From Lepidodermella squamata (taxonomy: Eukaryota; Animalia; Gastrotricha): a stretch of DNA of 64,000 nt. The stretch covers positions 1,054,001 to 1,118,000 of the forward strand of contig JBLDXI010000010.1 in the NCBI GenBank assembly GCA_047495785.1, written 5' to 3'. Below the pieces are notes generated by a model, which ran no database searches, was not told where the DNA came from, and worked only from the letters and a program-made list of their open reading frames with translations. Positions 1 through 12,031 of this stretch are shown piece after piece (within the stretch, counting starts at the first letter, position 1; every line of letters begins with the position of its first letter). A program made the position numbers and the translations under genes.

Positions 1-1
1 A

Positions 2-703
2 GGGCTTGCCCCAATTCATGCCGTAATATTTGCTCAAATCGTTGCTTACAGCCGTTTTCTTCGCTTTGGGAATGCTCCTCATGAAAGCTTTGCTGGCACG
101 ATAGAACTTCTAGCTAATAGGAATCCGGACATGTATAACATGGAAGCGATTCTGTCGAGTGTCATAAGGAAGACGAGTTCTAACCGACTGATCAGTTATC
201 AGATTTCCTTGATAATCCTCATTCTCAGTCAACTCACTGTTAACCCGTTACTTATTTGGATTGGGTTCGATCCTCTGAATTTCAAGATTTTTACAACCGA
301 AGTTATGACTGACGATTATAATGGGAGGTCCTACGTTATCAAGACGCCTAATTGCCAGTCAGAGACTGGAAATTACTGGATTGCAGCCCTGCTGGGGTTC
401 CAATTCGCTATCATGGTTGCTGCCAATGTTATTTGCATGGTTCGGGGATACATGAAGAATGCTTCAAACAAGGTAATCCAAGTTTTCAAGGTGATGAGAA
501 TCGCGGCAGCTCATTCGATTATTTCGATTACTGTAGTAGTTTTGATTGTGCTCATTCTAATCAACTCACGGAGTGCTTGTGCTAGGAATTCTTTTCTCGG
601 AGTCAGTTTCATGCTCTACTCACTTACTATGGCTTGCATTTTCTTGATAATGCCTTCCATCTACTTGAAACAGAAGCAATCATCCGCAGCCAGCATCACG
701 TGA
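2..703 (+). CDS. Class C (GABA-B-like) GPCR, 3' part only (TM3-TM7); gene starts before the window
   Basis: Frame open from base 2 (GLAPIHAVIFAQIVAY...). Contains WIGFDP and CQSETGNYW and aligns closely with the C-terminus of the 33997..36327 receptor. Confidence 0.9.
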   Translation, partial: GLAPIHAVIFAQIVAYSRFLRFGNAPHESFAGTIELLANRNPDMYNMEAILSSVIRKTSSNRLISYQISLIILILSQLTVNPLLIWIGFDPLNFKIFTTEVMTDDYNGRSYVIKTPNCQSETGNYWIAALLGFQFAIMVAANVICMVRGYMKNASNKVIQVFKVMRIAAAHSIISITVVVLIVLILINSRSACARNSFLGVSFMLYSLTMACIFLIMPSIYLKQKQSSAASIT

Positions 704-1897
704 ACTAATTTTCACAGCAATCGAAATTGTGTACTGTTTGTGTTTAATGAGTGATCTGTTTAAAAAACTGAACTTTTCCGCTCGTGTGGGATATTAGAGT
801 GATGACGCAAACTATAATAAACTTAAAATAATTTTTCCATTATATTGTTAGAACATGTTGTTGCTTCTTTGTTAGAAGGCGCGCATCGCCGTTCAGTGAG
901 ATACAGAGAGATGTGCCAAGTCGAGATGAAACTAAAATTTGGTAACCCACCTGCCTCTGCTAAGGGTAGGGTAATTTCGAAAACGGTTGACTGGAATTTT
1001 TGTATTATTGTGGTCAAGGTGGGATCTTGGATCCTGGAGCTGCCAGGGATGGACAACGTTTTTTTTGCTACATTTGCCAACATGACTATATTGCTTTCAA
1101 TCAAGAGACGAGTGAAGCGATCAAATGTTGAAACACGCTCCAGAGTCTCTCAAAATTGACGGAATAGCGGACTAAAAGATGTTCATTTTCTCGTCCTGTC
1201 CGGCCGAGCTGATGATTATAGAGGATGATTATCAAAAAGCCGATGAACAGAAAATGTGGCCTGCAAAAAATCGTTTGATCGAGATCACAGAAAACACAAT
1301 GGCTTTTACATAATAAAGAGATCGATTTTCAGCATCTTTGCAAGGCAAAAAAAGCGGGGGCCTGCTGACGTTGCCACCACCTGGTGCTATTAGTTTGAAT
1401 TATATTGAAGTTTAGATTCTTGCGCAAGGTTTAATCTTCGATGAAGTCCTGCAAGATGAATCATATTAATTCATGATCTATTTCTGGCACGCGACCGCTT
1501 CACGGCTCCAGTTTGCTAGATGATTCATAACGCAGCACCGCATGGCGCAGCGCGGCATTATGATCTACTCAACCCATCGTGTCTTACTTCAACAAAATTT
1601 TATTTATTGTTCGCAATTTATTTTCTAGAAATAATTCCCGCTTATATCTTGAAAATTTCAACAACACCGAAGCTAGCTTCCATGTTTGCAACTTCGAATG
1701 ATTCTTTATATATCAGATTAATATTCAATATTTTATAATTATACAGCGTTTATTAAGCATGTTACACGTGTTACAATGTAACAACCAATCGGACCAGATG
1801 TAAAAACCAAAATCGAAGTAACGCCTGGAAAAGACGGGAAATCTTACGCCAAATATAATTTAATTCAATACCGAACCATCTTATTCGTTTTTCAACT

Positions 1898-1947
1898 GGT
1901 TAGGGTTACGGTTAGGGTTACGGTTAGGTTATGGTTAGGTTAGGGTT
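1898..1947 (+). repeat. Interstitial degenerate TTAGGG-like repeat
   Basis: ggttagggttacggttagggttacggttaggttatggttaggttagggtt. Confidence 0.75.
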
Positions 1948-2371
1948 GAAGTCTGGGTCTTCAAATTGGGGATTTGGAACTGTTTGGAATGATTTGGTAC
2001 GAAATTCAATGATGTTTGGTACTGAATTCAATAATTTGGTAATGATCTCACTATATCCCGAAAAGACTGCTGTAGCCTCATTTTTAGGAGGCTTCGGAGC
2101 CTTTTTAAGTAGAAAAATCTAAAAATGTGCATGTAATTTACATGTAATTTTCACCAATGCAGCACAAACATTTTCACTTCAAGCGAGGTAACTACAAAAA
2201 AAAACGTTTGTAAGAAACAATCGTTTGCTTCAAAAAAACCCTGAATTATATATATTTTTATTAAGATTATCACATTTTTATTAGTTTAAATTCAATTGGC
2301 TTCGGTTAAATTTTTACTCAGTCGGCATTTTTCGTTTGAATTCGTTTGTTAACCCTCTCCTACTTACAACA

Positions 2372-3371
2372 ATGGGTCCCAGAGAAAGCTGTCACATGAT
2401 TGTGCATGGACCCCCGCCGGAAATGTCGGTATGCTTCCCAATGCTTTCTTTTACTTTTGCCTTACTTTTTTTTTACTAGCGACACTTTGAAGCGCAGCAA
2501 GCTCAAATAGCGCAACTGCAAAACAACGCGGCACTTGAAGCCGCCAAAGCTGTCGAGCAAATGCGGCTCGAAGAAAAGCAACGCATCGAGGCCGAGAAAG
2601 AGGCGAAGCGCAAGCGAATGGAAGCGGAAATCAAGCGAAAAGCGAGAATCTTTGGCATCAATCTCCATGACTTCAACTTTGCAATCATCGGAAAAGCCGG
2701 CGTTGGCAAGTCAACCCTCCTCAACGCGTTGGTTCAGGGCGCGAATGCTCCTGTGGGCGTCGTCGAGACCACAATGCAACCGAAGCCTTACCGGTGCCGG
2801 GATGCTAACGCGAATCGTGTTTTGGGACGTTCCTGGTTCGGGGACACCAAAGCATATGATCGCGAATTACTACGCTGACAACTTTCTGTACATGATGGAT
2901 TCGCTGATCGTTGTGACTGGCAATCGTCTGTCCGAATTTGACGTTGAGTTTGCTAAACAAGCGATTCGACATGACCAATTCGTTGTTTTCGTGAGGTCGA
3001 AGGCTGATGTGGATATTTCCAATTATTACTACGAGAGTGAGGGGAAGTATTGGGAAGACTGCCCGGCCAACGACCGAAAACGTGTAGCCGACGCCGTGAG
3101 CAGTGAAATTCGGGACAACAAGGCGGGACAACAAGGCGAATTTCGGAAATATTGTGTTGCGGGAAAGAATGGCTCTGAGATTCCGTTTTATTTCATCAGT
3201 TCGCGGACTGTTGATGAACTTGTCAAAGGCGTTAAAGCTAGCCGATGCAGATGGTCACTGTTGGACGAGGAGAAGCTGTTAAAGGAGTTGCACGGACGGC
3301 TCAAGAGAGACGGTGCTTTGCGTAGTATCGAAAACTTCATTCTTCCTCAGCTTCTTGCTCAGGAAAACTAA
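2372..3371 (+). CDS. Immunity-related GTPase (IRG/IIGP family) with coiled-coil N-terminus; one frameshift near 2810-2825
   Basis: Exon 2372-2428 (MGPRES...), GT-AG intron 2429-2479, exon from 2480 in frame with G1 GKAGVGKS and G2 GVVETT. G3 FWDVPG and G4 RSKAD lie in the +1 frame. Confidence 0.85.
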
Positions 3372-3996
3372 TTCAAGCGGTTAACTTGCGATATTCAAGG
3401 TTATGTTGTGAGACCTATTGATTCATTTTTGGTTTACTAAGGCGTTTCTGTTTACTCTTTGATCTTGACTGTTTCAATAAAAATTTCAGGCTTGCCTCAT
3501 TCTGTTTTATATTTCTCAAATCAAGTTGCGTTCAACACCTGCCAGCTTAAAACCTGAAAAAACAAACTCCAAAATGTAACAGATTTAAAAAACAAATTTG
3601 CCATGAGTTGCGTCTCAGTAGCAGTTTTTCTCGGTGAAATTCTGTATATGCTGTAAACATGGAATTTCACTCACGCACAATATGAAAACGATCTAAAGAT
3701 ATTTCGAACTCAAACTCGAACATCCTTACCCCCCTAGTGCAAACTCGCTAGAATACTAATTTGCGTCCGCGTAGGACGAAAATCATGAAAGAAAAACACG
3801 AAAATTCATTGACAAATACTCCCCTCGAGCCAGCCGCAGACGCATCGAAATTAGGCCTATCACTTCGGATCGTGGTGATATCCTGCCAGTTTTAACATCG
3901 AGAATACAGCGTTCGAGGAATATTGGACAGTCCGCAACTGACATTTTCGAAGCTTAAACCTTCAGCCATAATCTTCTACGTGCATCTTGTCAAACG

Positions 3997-6240
3997 ATGA
4001 TGATAGGAACTATTCTTTTGTTGGGAATTCTCATTCCGGAAAACGCACATGCGGAAGCCAACAAGAGCAAATTGATAATACCAACTTTGCTGTATAAGCA
4101 AAATTATCCAGCCTGCATCGCAACATTCAACTTGGTAGTTGAAAGAGCTCGAATGATATTTTGCAAGACTACGACCTCATCCTCGACGTTCAAGACAGCG
4201 GACCAAGCGCAGTTTACCAGAACAGGGTGGCTGTTACTGCCGCTCAACAGTCGCTCGGGGCTGATACTTTCATGGCTCCGGTAATTACAGGACCCGATGG
4301 AGTCTGTAACGAAGCTGCGACTACGATGCGAGGTCTAGGAATAGTACAAATTTCCCCAAGTTGCAATGGAGCCTACATAACCACGAGAAGACGCTGGCTA
4401 TACAACAACTTATATTCTGTACAGACCCCAATAATTCGAACAATTTATCCGGCTTTCGAAGCGATTCGTCGCATTGGGAAATGGGAACAAGTTGGAATAT
4501 TTTTGCTGTGGCAGAATCGCAACAATGTAATAACTGCTGAGGCAATGCATTCCTACTTAACATCTAACGGGGTAAGGGTCCAGCAGTATCTAGCGGCATT
4601 CGCAGTATCGGCTATGACCCCTGAAGATGTGCAACTCCTCAAAAGTGTTCGAATTATTGTTGCAATCGTAGCAGGTGCTGTTGAGTGTCGCCAGTTCTGG
4701 TGCATGGCTTGGGATTAGACCCCCGTTATACTCGATCATAATGTGGGGCAATACATGTCTTACAGCTTCGCTGGACACCGCCACGTTTCTGCCGGATAAT
4801 TGCTCCCAAAAAATGATGGATGAAGAGCTGTCTGCGACGATTTTCGTCGGAGCCCCAACCTCACCACTGAAATTTGAGATCAGAAGCTCTTTTGGCTACA
4901 ATGCGACTGAGTTCGAGAGGATGCTTGGCCAGAAATTGGCGAATTACACAGGATCGATGATAGACTACCCAAATCGCTTCGCATGTCACGATTCTTTGAT
5001 GGCGACTCTATTGACACTCAATGCATCCGACTCGGCATTGAAATCTCAACTCAATATGTCACTCCGCGATTTTAAGACCGATCCAGAAACAGTATTCAGG
5101 GTTGTCAATAGGACAGCCCAGAAACTGGAATTTCAAGGCCTTCGCATTGGCCTTGTGAAAGCGGATGAAAATGCTGAGGTTAATGAAGACCTGGTCATAA
5201 TGCAAGCTGTGAATCGAAAGCCGCAAATCATCGCTCAGTTGATCGTTGATAATAGTAAGACCAAGGTCAGTTTCGACTTCTTACAGCATAACGTCGCTGT
5301 ATGGCCGACAAAATCTGGTAAACCACCTAAAGATTTGTCGGTCATTGAGCGAAGGATGCCAAAATGCGGCTCATCCGTTCTTTATTCGATTGTCATTTTT
5401 GCTGCCATGATCGCTTTTATTATACTGTGCTTGCTAATTCGATCACATCGGCAGAAAAGTGACACGTTCTTCTATATGGTAAACAAAGTTGTTGCTGCTA
5501 TCGCTGGGTTGGTGATGAATGCATCTTCCGTCGTCTTGGTTTTCGGAGTTGAGTACTTCCCAGAAATTGAATGTCGTATTAGACCAGCTTTATCTGTTGT
5601 TGGCTTCACCTTGCTTCATTCAATCATTTTCTCCCAGATTCTCGCCTACTCGAAGCTAATCAAGTTCGGGAGAAAAGCACCCGAGCAGTTTCGCAGTTCA
5701 TTTGCGGCTAGACGTTCAAGTGCAAGGCTGTCGAAGAGCGATCTAACAGTCCTCAGTCATGTAGGTGAGAACAACAAACAAATAGCCCTAGCATCATCGG
5801 TCCTATGCCAGGTTAGCATTATTGGCCTACTGATTTGGCTTGGTTTCGATCCGATGTCTCTCCGTTATTTCTTGTCAGACGTGTCATTCGACGAGACCGC
5901 TGATACATACTTCGATGAAAACATTGCTGTGTGCTGGTCTAATACGGCCAACTACTGGATGTGGGCTTTTGTCGGGTATCAGGTAGCCCTGTTACTCGGG
6001 GCTAACTTTCTCTCTCTAAGCTTGGGCAAGAGGCCATTGCCAAGCGAGGTGAACTGGAGCAGCAAGCTTATCAGAATTGCAGCGATTAATGGACTGGTCA
6101 TTATGATTGCTTGGATTTTGATACTGCTCATAATGACAACCTCAGCAACAGCATGTGTTGGCAATACTGTTTTGGCAATCGGCCAATTGATCTATTCCCT
6201 ATCGACATGCGGAATAATGTTGTTTCCACGTCGAATCTAA
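3997..6240 (+). pseudogene. Class C GABA-B-like GPCR broken by two short deletions (pseudogene or assembly error)
   Basis: ORFs 3997-, 4161- and 4675- are collinear with the paralog at 6834. About 7 nt are missing near 4150 and about 8 nt near 4710. Confidence 0.85.
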
Positions 6241-6833
6241 TTATTTGAAGTTACCAATCTTTAAGATTGATCAGTAATCAATACAGTTGAATTATTGGTG
6301 TACGAAATTTCTGTCGTAGAAGTAAACCTATTGAGAAATGTACATAGATGAGTTGAGTCTCTAATAGGGGGAGAATGTATCTATGGATTCGTAGTAGCGA
6401 ATTTCAAGCTAATCACTCACTCGCCCTCTGTCTTAGATATATAATATTCCTGGATTCAAGCACTAGAATACCCTCGTCTTAAGTAATTCTTGCCTCGCAA
6501 CTTTTAAATCTGAATTTCAGGTAGGTAGTTATTAAGATAAAGTGAACGCGATCGAAAAAGATGCGAAACACCGCGATATGAAGCGTTTTAACTTGATTAA
6601 AGCTTCTTTTGGCAGCTACTGTTACGATCAGCTTGAAGAGGCTCTATGATACAACTTTGATGATTGGTACAGATTTAAAAGCTATAAATTATCCTGATCC
6701 CCTTTAAAACATTCACACGCACCACCCGCGCAATCATCAAATAAATTAATCTTGCACTAATCGAATACCACTTAGTTAAGAATCGAAGCTATTTTGCAGG
6801 GGTAGATTTCAGCACAACTGTTTCTCTTTGGCA

Positions 6834-9089
6834 ATGATTTTTACTACCTCAATGATTTTAGCCTCCCTAAGTGGAATTATCGCTACCAAACCTAAGCTTT
6901 ACATCCCAGGTTTGCTATCCAAGAATAATTACCCAGCTTGCATTGCAACCTTCAATCTTGTTGTTGAAACCGCGAATCAACGCAGCGACATTCTCGAAGA
7001 TTACGAACTCGTATTCGACTTTCAGGACAGTGGATCAGGCGCTGTTAACCAAAACAGAGCGGCAGTAACACTGCGGCAGAGGCAACTGCCAAACGGGTCA
7101 TTCCTTGCTCCGATAATCACCGGACCAGACGGGTCATGCAACGAAGCTGCATCCACTATGAGAGCAATCGGTTTCGTGCAAATGTCCCCGAGCTGTAACG
7201 GCGCCTATATCACTTCAAGAAGACGCTGGCTCTACAACAATCTCTACTCTGTCCAAACTCCGATAATTCGAACTATCTACCCAGCTCTTGAGGCTATTCG
7301 TAGAATCGGCCGTTGGAACCAAGTTGGAATCTTTTTCATCTGGCAGAATCGGAATAACGTCATAACGGCGGAAGCTCTACATTCTCATCTAACATCAAAC
7401 GGAGTTAAGGTTCTCCAATATCTAGGAACAGCCTCGGTAGCTAGCGTTACATCAGAGGATGTTCGCTTACTGAAAACTGTTAGAATAATTGTCGTAATAG
7501 CGGCTGGGGCTGTTGAGTGTCGGCAATTCTGGTGTATGGCTCATCGTAATGGCATTGTTCCCCCTCTTTACGCCTTCATAATGTGGGGCAACACCTGCCT
7601 GTCAGCCTCACTAGACCCGGCCAATAACCTACCAGAGAACTGCTCGCAGCGCATGATTGAAACTCAGTTATCCGCGACGATTTTCGTCGGTGCCCCGTCA
7701 TCGCCGATGAGCCCTGAGGAGAGGGGCCAATTTGGTTACAACGCCATAGAGTTCGACGAGTTGCTAAGCAGGAAGATGGGTAATTACTCTGGTTCGATGA
7801 TTGACTACCCAAATCGGTTCACCTGTCATGACTCTATGATGGCAACACTGCTAACCTTGAATGAATCAGACTCGATTTTGAAAACTAAGTTCAACATGTC
7901 ACTACGAGATTTCAACGAACAGCCAGAAACAGTGTTTAAGGTCATCAATTCCTCAGCTCTGAATTTACAATTTTCTGGCATTCGGATCGGCCTGGTGAAA
8001 ACTGATGAAAACGCTGAGGTGAATGAAGATCTTGTCATAATGCAGGCTGCAAACAAAAAGCCTCAATTCATTGCTCAGTTGATGGTTGATTACAGTCAAT
8101 CAGGAGTTGGTTTCTCTTTTCGCCTCCTTAACAATCCTATATGGGCGACCAAGTCCGGAAATCAACCGAAGGATTTGTCCTTAATCGAACATAGAACGCC
8201 CAGCTGTCGATCTACTATCATTATTTCTGTAATAATCATTGCGGCGATTGTTACGCTGCTTGAATTGTTACTCCTCATCAAGTCTCTTCGCCAGACAAGC
8301 GAAAAATTCTACGGCCAAGTTAAGAAAGCTCTGGTTGCTTTCTCAGGATTACTACTCAATGTTTCCTCTGTTGTTTTGGTTATTGGATTAGACAAAATCC
8401 CTGAAATTGAGTGCAGATTCAGACCAGCGTTAACTGTGGTTGGATTGACACTGCTAAACTCGATAATTTTCTCTCAAATTGTAGCCTACTCGAAGCTGTT
8501 AAAGTATAAAAGAAAATCAGAATCATATGCACAAATAGCGAGTGCGACATCAAGATCGAGTGCCCCGACCAGGAAAACGCCGTCGACTTATGTTGCGATT
8601 TCAAGCCACATTGGCAATGCCAATAAGCAAATAGCCCTGGTGATTTGCTTCATATGCCAGATCGGCTTCGGCGGTTTACTGATTTGGCTTGGATTCGATC
8701 CTTTGTCCCTGCGCCATTTCCTATCAGATATTTCATTTGACGAGGTGGCTGATACGTATTTCGACGAGAAAATCGCTGTATGCTGGTCGAACGCTGCTCC
8801 TTACTGGATTTGGGCGTTTGTAGGGTTCCAGATCGCTTTGTTGTTAGGTGCTAACTTCTTGTCCCTCACTTTGGGAAAGCGAGTGCTCCCCGATCAAGTG
8901 AACATGAGCAGTAAGCTCATAAGGATTGCAGCGATCAACGGTTTGGTTGTTACACTAGCGGTCATTCTCATCGCTGTTATCATTACGAGCTCAAGATCTA
9001 CTTGCTTAGGCAATGCTGTGGTTGCATATGGAGAGCTCATCTACTCGCTTTCAATGTGTGGGATTATGCTTTTCCCTTATCGATCGTAA
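6834..9089 (+). CDS. Intronless class C GPCR (Venus-flytrap domain + 7TM, GABA-B-like)
   Basis: Signal peptide; VFT start 'NQRSDILEDYEL'; stalk 'WATKSGNQPKD' with no Cys-rich domain; seven hydrophobic segments, W..FDP after TM4, ECL2 Cys, FP at the end of TM7. Confidence 0.92.
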   Translation: MIFTTSMILASLSGIIATKPKLYIPGLLSKNNYPACIATFNLVVETANQRSDILEDYELVFDFQDSGSGAVNQNRAAVTLRQRQLPNGSFLAPIITGPDGSCNEAASTMRAIGFVQMSPSCNGAYITSRRRWLYNNLYSVQTPIIRTIYPALEAIRRIGRWNQVGIFFIWQNRNNVITAEALHSHLTSNGVKVLQYLGTASVASVTSEDVRLLKTVRIIVVIAAGAVECRQFWCMAHRNGIVPPLYAFIMWGNTCLSASLDPANNLPENCSQRMIETQLSATIFVGAPSSPMSPEERGQFGYNAIEFDELLSRKMGNYSGSMIDYPNRFTCHDSMMATLLTLNESDSILKTKFNMSLRDFNEQPETVFKVINSSALNLQFSGIRIGLVKTDENAEVNEDLVIMQAANKKPQFIAQLMVDYSQSGVGFSFRLLNNPIWATKSGNQPKDLSLIEHRTPSCRSTIIISVIIIAAIVTLLELLLLIKSLRQTSEKFYGQVKKALVAFSGLLLNVSSVVLVIGLDKIPEIECRFRPALTVVGLTLLNSIIFSQIVAYSKLLKYKRKSESYAQIASATSRSSAPTRKTPSTYVAISSHIGNANKQIALVICFICQIGFGGLLIWLGFDPLSLRHFLSDISFDEVADTYFDEKIAVCWSNAAPYWIWAFVGFQIALLLGANFLSLTLGKRVLPDQVNMSSKLIRIAAINGLVVTLAVILIAVIITSSRSTCLGNAVVAYGELIYSLSMCGIMLFPYRS

Positions 9090-9343
9090 ATCAATCTATG
9101 GACAAATTAAACTAATTGATGTCGTATTTTATATGTAAAAGAGACAAAATCGTGTCTGATGTCTATGCTGAATTGTTCAAAGACCAATGTGCTGATGCAT
9201 TGCGAAGGAGCAAATGCTTCAATTTTCTAGATTGAAAAATAAACAACCATCAATCATCCCATTTCTCGTTAACTTGAGTACATTGATTATTAGTTTTCAA
9301 CCCCCTTTGCTAGAGACGTTTTCATTCCTGACTCAATTTTGAC

Positions 9344-11713
9344 ATGAATTTCCTCCTTTTTTCTACTTTTTGTTTGCTGTTGGCTGGTCGAATTCACGCA
9401 AAAGATGCGAAGTATCGGCTGACGCTGCCAGCGCTACAGCAAACCACTGTCTCAGTCAATTGCGTATCAATGATTCACATTTTGGCTGAAATAGTAAATA
9501 AACGAAGCGATATCCTACCCGACTACGAACTCATTCCTGACATACAAGACGTCACTTCAACGGGGATTTTTCAAAACAGAAGAGCAATTGAAATATACGA
9601 GAAGGAACTACCCCCTAACACTTTCCTTGGACCGATAATCACAGGGCCAGATGGTGGATGTAACGACGCAACTACAACAATTCGAGGCCTGAATTTCGTT
9701 CAGATTTCCCAAAGTTGCCAGGGTGCATTCATCACGACTAGACGGAGTTGGCTCTACAACAACTTGTACACAGTCCAAACTCCAATAATTCGAACAATCT
9801 ACCCGGCACTCGAAACTATCCGAATGATTGGCCAGTGGAAGCAGGTCGGAATTTTCACGACTTGGTACAATCGAAACAGCGCTGTGTCAGCTCAAGCCCT
9901 TCAGTCCTTACTCATTCAAAACGGGATCAACATCGCTGAAATAGTCAGTGCCTACACAATGGCCAGCGTTACAGTGGAAGATGCTTTGGCTATCAAGAAA
10001 GCTCGAATAATCATTGTCGTAGTGGCCGGGGCAAGTGAGTGTCGGCAGTTCTGGTGTATGGCGTACATCAACGGAATCAGACCGCCCTTGTACGCCTTTG
10101 TTATGTGGGGTGTCATTTGTCTCCCAGCATCTTTGGATCAACAGACCTCGCTACCAGATAACTGCGCTCAATTCATGATAAATACCCAAATGGCTGCCAC
10201 TTTCTTCGTAGGATCGCCCCTCTCGCCGATTAGACCGGTCGGGAATAGCAGTTTGGGATATGATGCTAAAGAGATCGATCGAAGACTGAGTATTAAGCTG
10301 GCAAACTATTCTGGGCCAATGATTGACTTCGGTAATCGATTTGCGTGCCATGACGCAGTTTTGGGCAGCATTTTGACCCTGAATGAATCTGAGGCTATCC
10401 TGAGAGACCAATACAACATGAGTCTTCGGGACTTCAAGAAATTCCCGGAACTTGTCTATAAGGTGGTTAATCAAACCGCATTGAGGCTTGTTTACAATGG
10501 CCTGAGAATCGGGCAGTTACAAAAGGATGAAAATGCTGAGATAAATGAAGACATGGTCATTCTACAAGCCTTCAATGGGAAACCTTTGACGATCGCCCAT
10601 CTAATTATTTCTAACAACGGCTCGAAAAACCAACCCGAATTTCGATTCAGCCTAGTGAACCATCCTGTATGGGCTACGAAAACTGGGCGTCCACCAAAAG
10701 ACCTGTCAACAATTGAGCATCGTGATTCTAAATGCGGTTTGTCGACTCTAGGTTCAGTTATCACTATGGCTGGTATAGTGACCGTTATTCAGATCATCCT
10801 ATTCATTTTTAGTGTCAGAGTCAAGTCTGATGCGTTTTTCGGGCCTTATAAGAAGGCAATAATACTTGGGTCTTGCTTGATTCTCAATGCGTCCTCGGTG
10901 ATTATTGTAGTTGGGGTGTACCACTACCCTCATGTAGAATGTCGCTTCAGACCTGTATTGACAATCTTTGGTCTCACTTTTCTCCATTCATTGATTTTCT
11001 CCCAAATCTTCGCTTATTCGAAGCTTGTTAAGTTCGGGAAAGTTGTTCTCGCTAACTCGCCGAGTCCTATGCCCAAAACACCGGAACCTGCACCGGTATC
11101 AGTCAACGATGTAGCTGGCAGTTCTCATCAATCGAGCAAGGAGTTAGTCCCGAACGCCACTCAAGTTAAAGCTGGTGCATCGCCGTCTCTCATGAAGGCA
11201 AAAGGAGTTCTAGCCATAACAAGCCACAAGGGGCATGTCAGTCAACAAATCGCATTCACAATATCAATCGTTTGCCAGCTAAGCTTCTACCTCATGACTG
11301 TATGGATAGGATTCAATCCTTTGAATCTTCAATTTTACTGGACTGACATATCGTTTGATGACTTGGAAGACACGTATTTTGACGTTAAAGTTGGACAATG
11401 TTGGTCTGAGACTGCGGAGTATTTGATAGGAGCTTCGCTTGCCTATCACATCGGTCTATTACTCTGTTCGAATTTCTTCTCGCTGAGCCTGGGTAAAAAA
11501 GATCTGCCTCAGCAAATTAAATGGAGCAGTAAGCTGATTCGTATCTCTGCTGCTAATGGGATTGTCACAATTGTCGCTGCTGTTTTGATTGCTTTGATTA
11601 CATCAGGTTCGAAAACTGCTTGCGCTGGGCCGACGGTTCTCGCGTTTGGAGAACTAGTTTACTCTGCTGTCATCAGTGGAATCATCCTGTTTCCGCGGCA
11701 ATTGATAAAGTGA
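9344..11713 (+). CDS. Intronless class C GPCR (GABA-B-like)
   Basis: 789-aa ORF with the same architecture; 'NKRSDILPDYEL' and 'WATKTGRPPKD'; longer ICL2. Confidence 0.92.
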   Translation: MNFLLFSTFCLLLAGRIHAKDAKYRLTLPALQQTTVSVNCVSMIHILAEIVNKRSDILPDYELIPDIQDVTSTGIFQNRRAIEIYEKELPPNTFLGPIITGPDGGCNDATTTIRGLNFVQISQSCQGAFITTRRSWLYNNLYTVQTPIIRTIYPALETIRMIGQWKQVGIFTTWYNRNSAVSAQALQSLLIQNGINIAEIVSAYTMASVTVEDALAIKKARIIIVVVAGASECRQFWCMAYINGIRPPLYAFVMWGVICLPASLDQQTSLPDNCAQFMINTQMAATFFVGSPLSPIRPVGNSSLGYDAKEIDRRLSIKLANYSGPMIDFGNRFACHDAVLGSILTLNESEAILRDQYNMSLRDFKKFPELVYKVVNQTALRLVYNGLRIGQLQKDENAEINEDMVILQAFNGKPLTIAHLIISNNGSKNQPEFRFSLVNHPVWATKTGRPPKDLSTIEHRDSKCGLSTLGSVITMAGIVTVIQIILFIFSVRVKSDAFFGPYKKAIILGSCLILNASSVIIVVGVYHYPHVECRFRPVLTIFGLTFLHSLIFSQIFAYSKLVKFGKVVLANSPSPMPKTPEPAPVSVNDVAGSSHQSSKELVPNATQVKAGASPSLMKAKGVLAITSHKGHVSQQIAFTISIVCQLSFYLMTVWIGFNPLNLQFYWTDISFDDLEDTYFDVKVGQCWSETAEYLIGASLAYHIGLLLCSNFFSLSLGKKDLPQQIKWSSKLIRISAANGIVTIVAAVLIALITSGSKTACAGPTVLAFGELVYSAVISGIILFPRQLIK

Positions 11714-12031
11714 TTGCCAGTGTTCCAGTTTTCGAACTTCTCTGCTGCCGCGGACCCAGTCACAACAATATCACGAATAGCAGAAATTATTGTATACCTA
11801 TAACCACTTGAAATTGTTTGGGTGTTCTATCATTTAGTTGACTTCGTAACACACAATAAATGGGAACTGTAATTAGGCCACCGCGCAGCCACCCCAAAGA
11901 AATTGGGGCATTTACCATTGGAGATCCATATTTTGAGTGAATTTATTCTAACCTCACGATTATTCTAAGATTGAATAAGAATCTAGGTAGTAGGTAGCGG
12001 ATATCCTTAACCTCAACTTCACGTCAGTTCA

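Noticed and set aside
823-1159. Overlapping short ORFs after the first receptor
   Set aside because: No recognisable motif or splice structure.
1898-1947. True telomere or chromosome end
   Set aside because: Only 50 bp, degenerate and flanked by genes.
3997-4718. The two GPCR deletions sum to 15 nt, so might be compensating frameshifts
   Set aside because: The original frame hits a stop at 4284, before the second deletion restores it.
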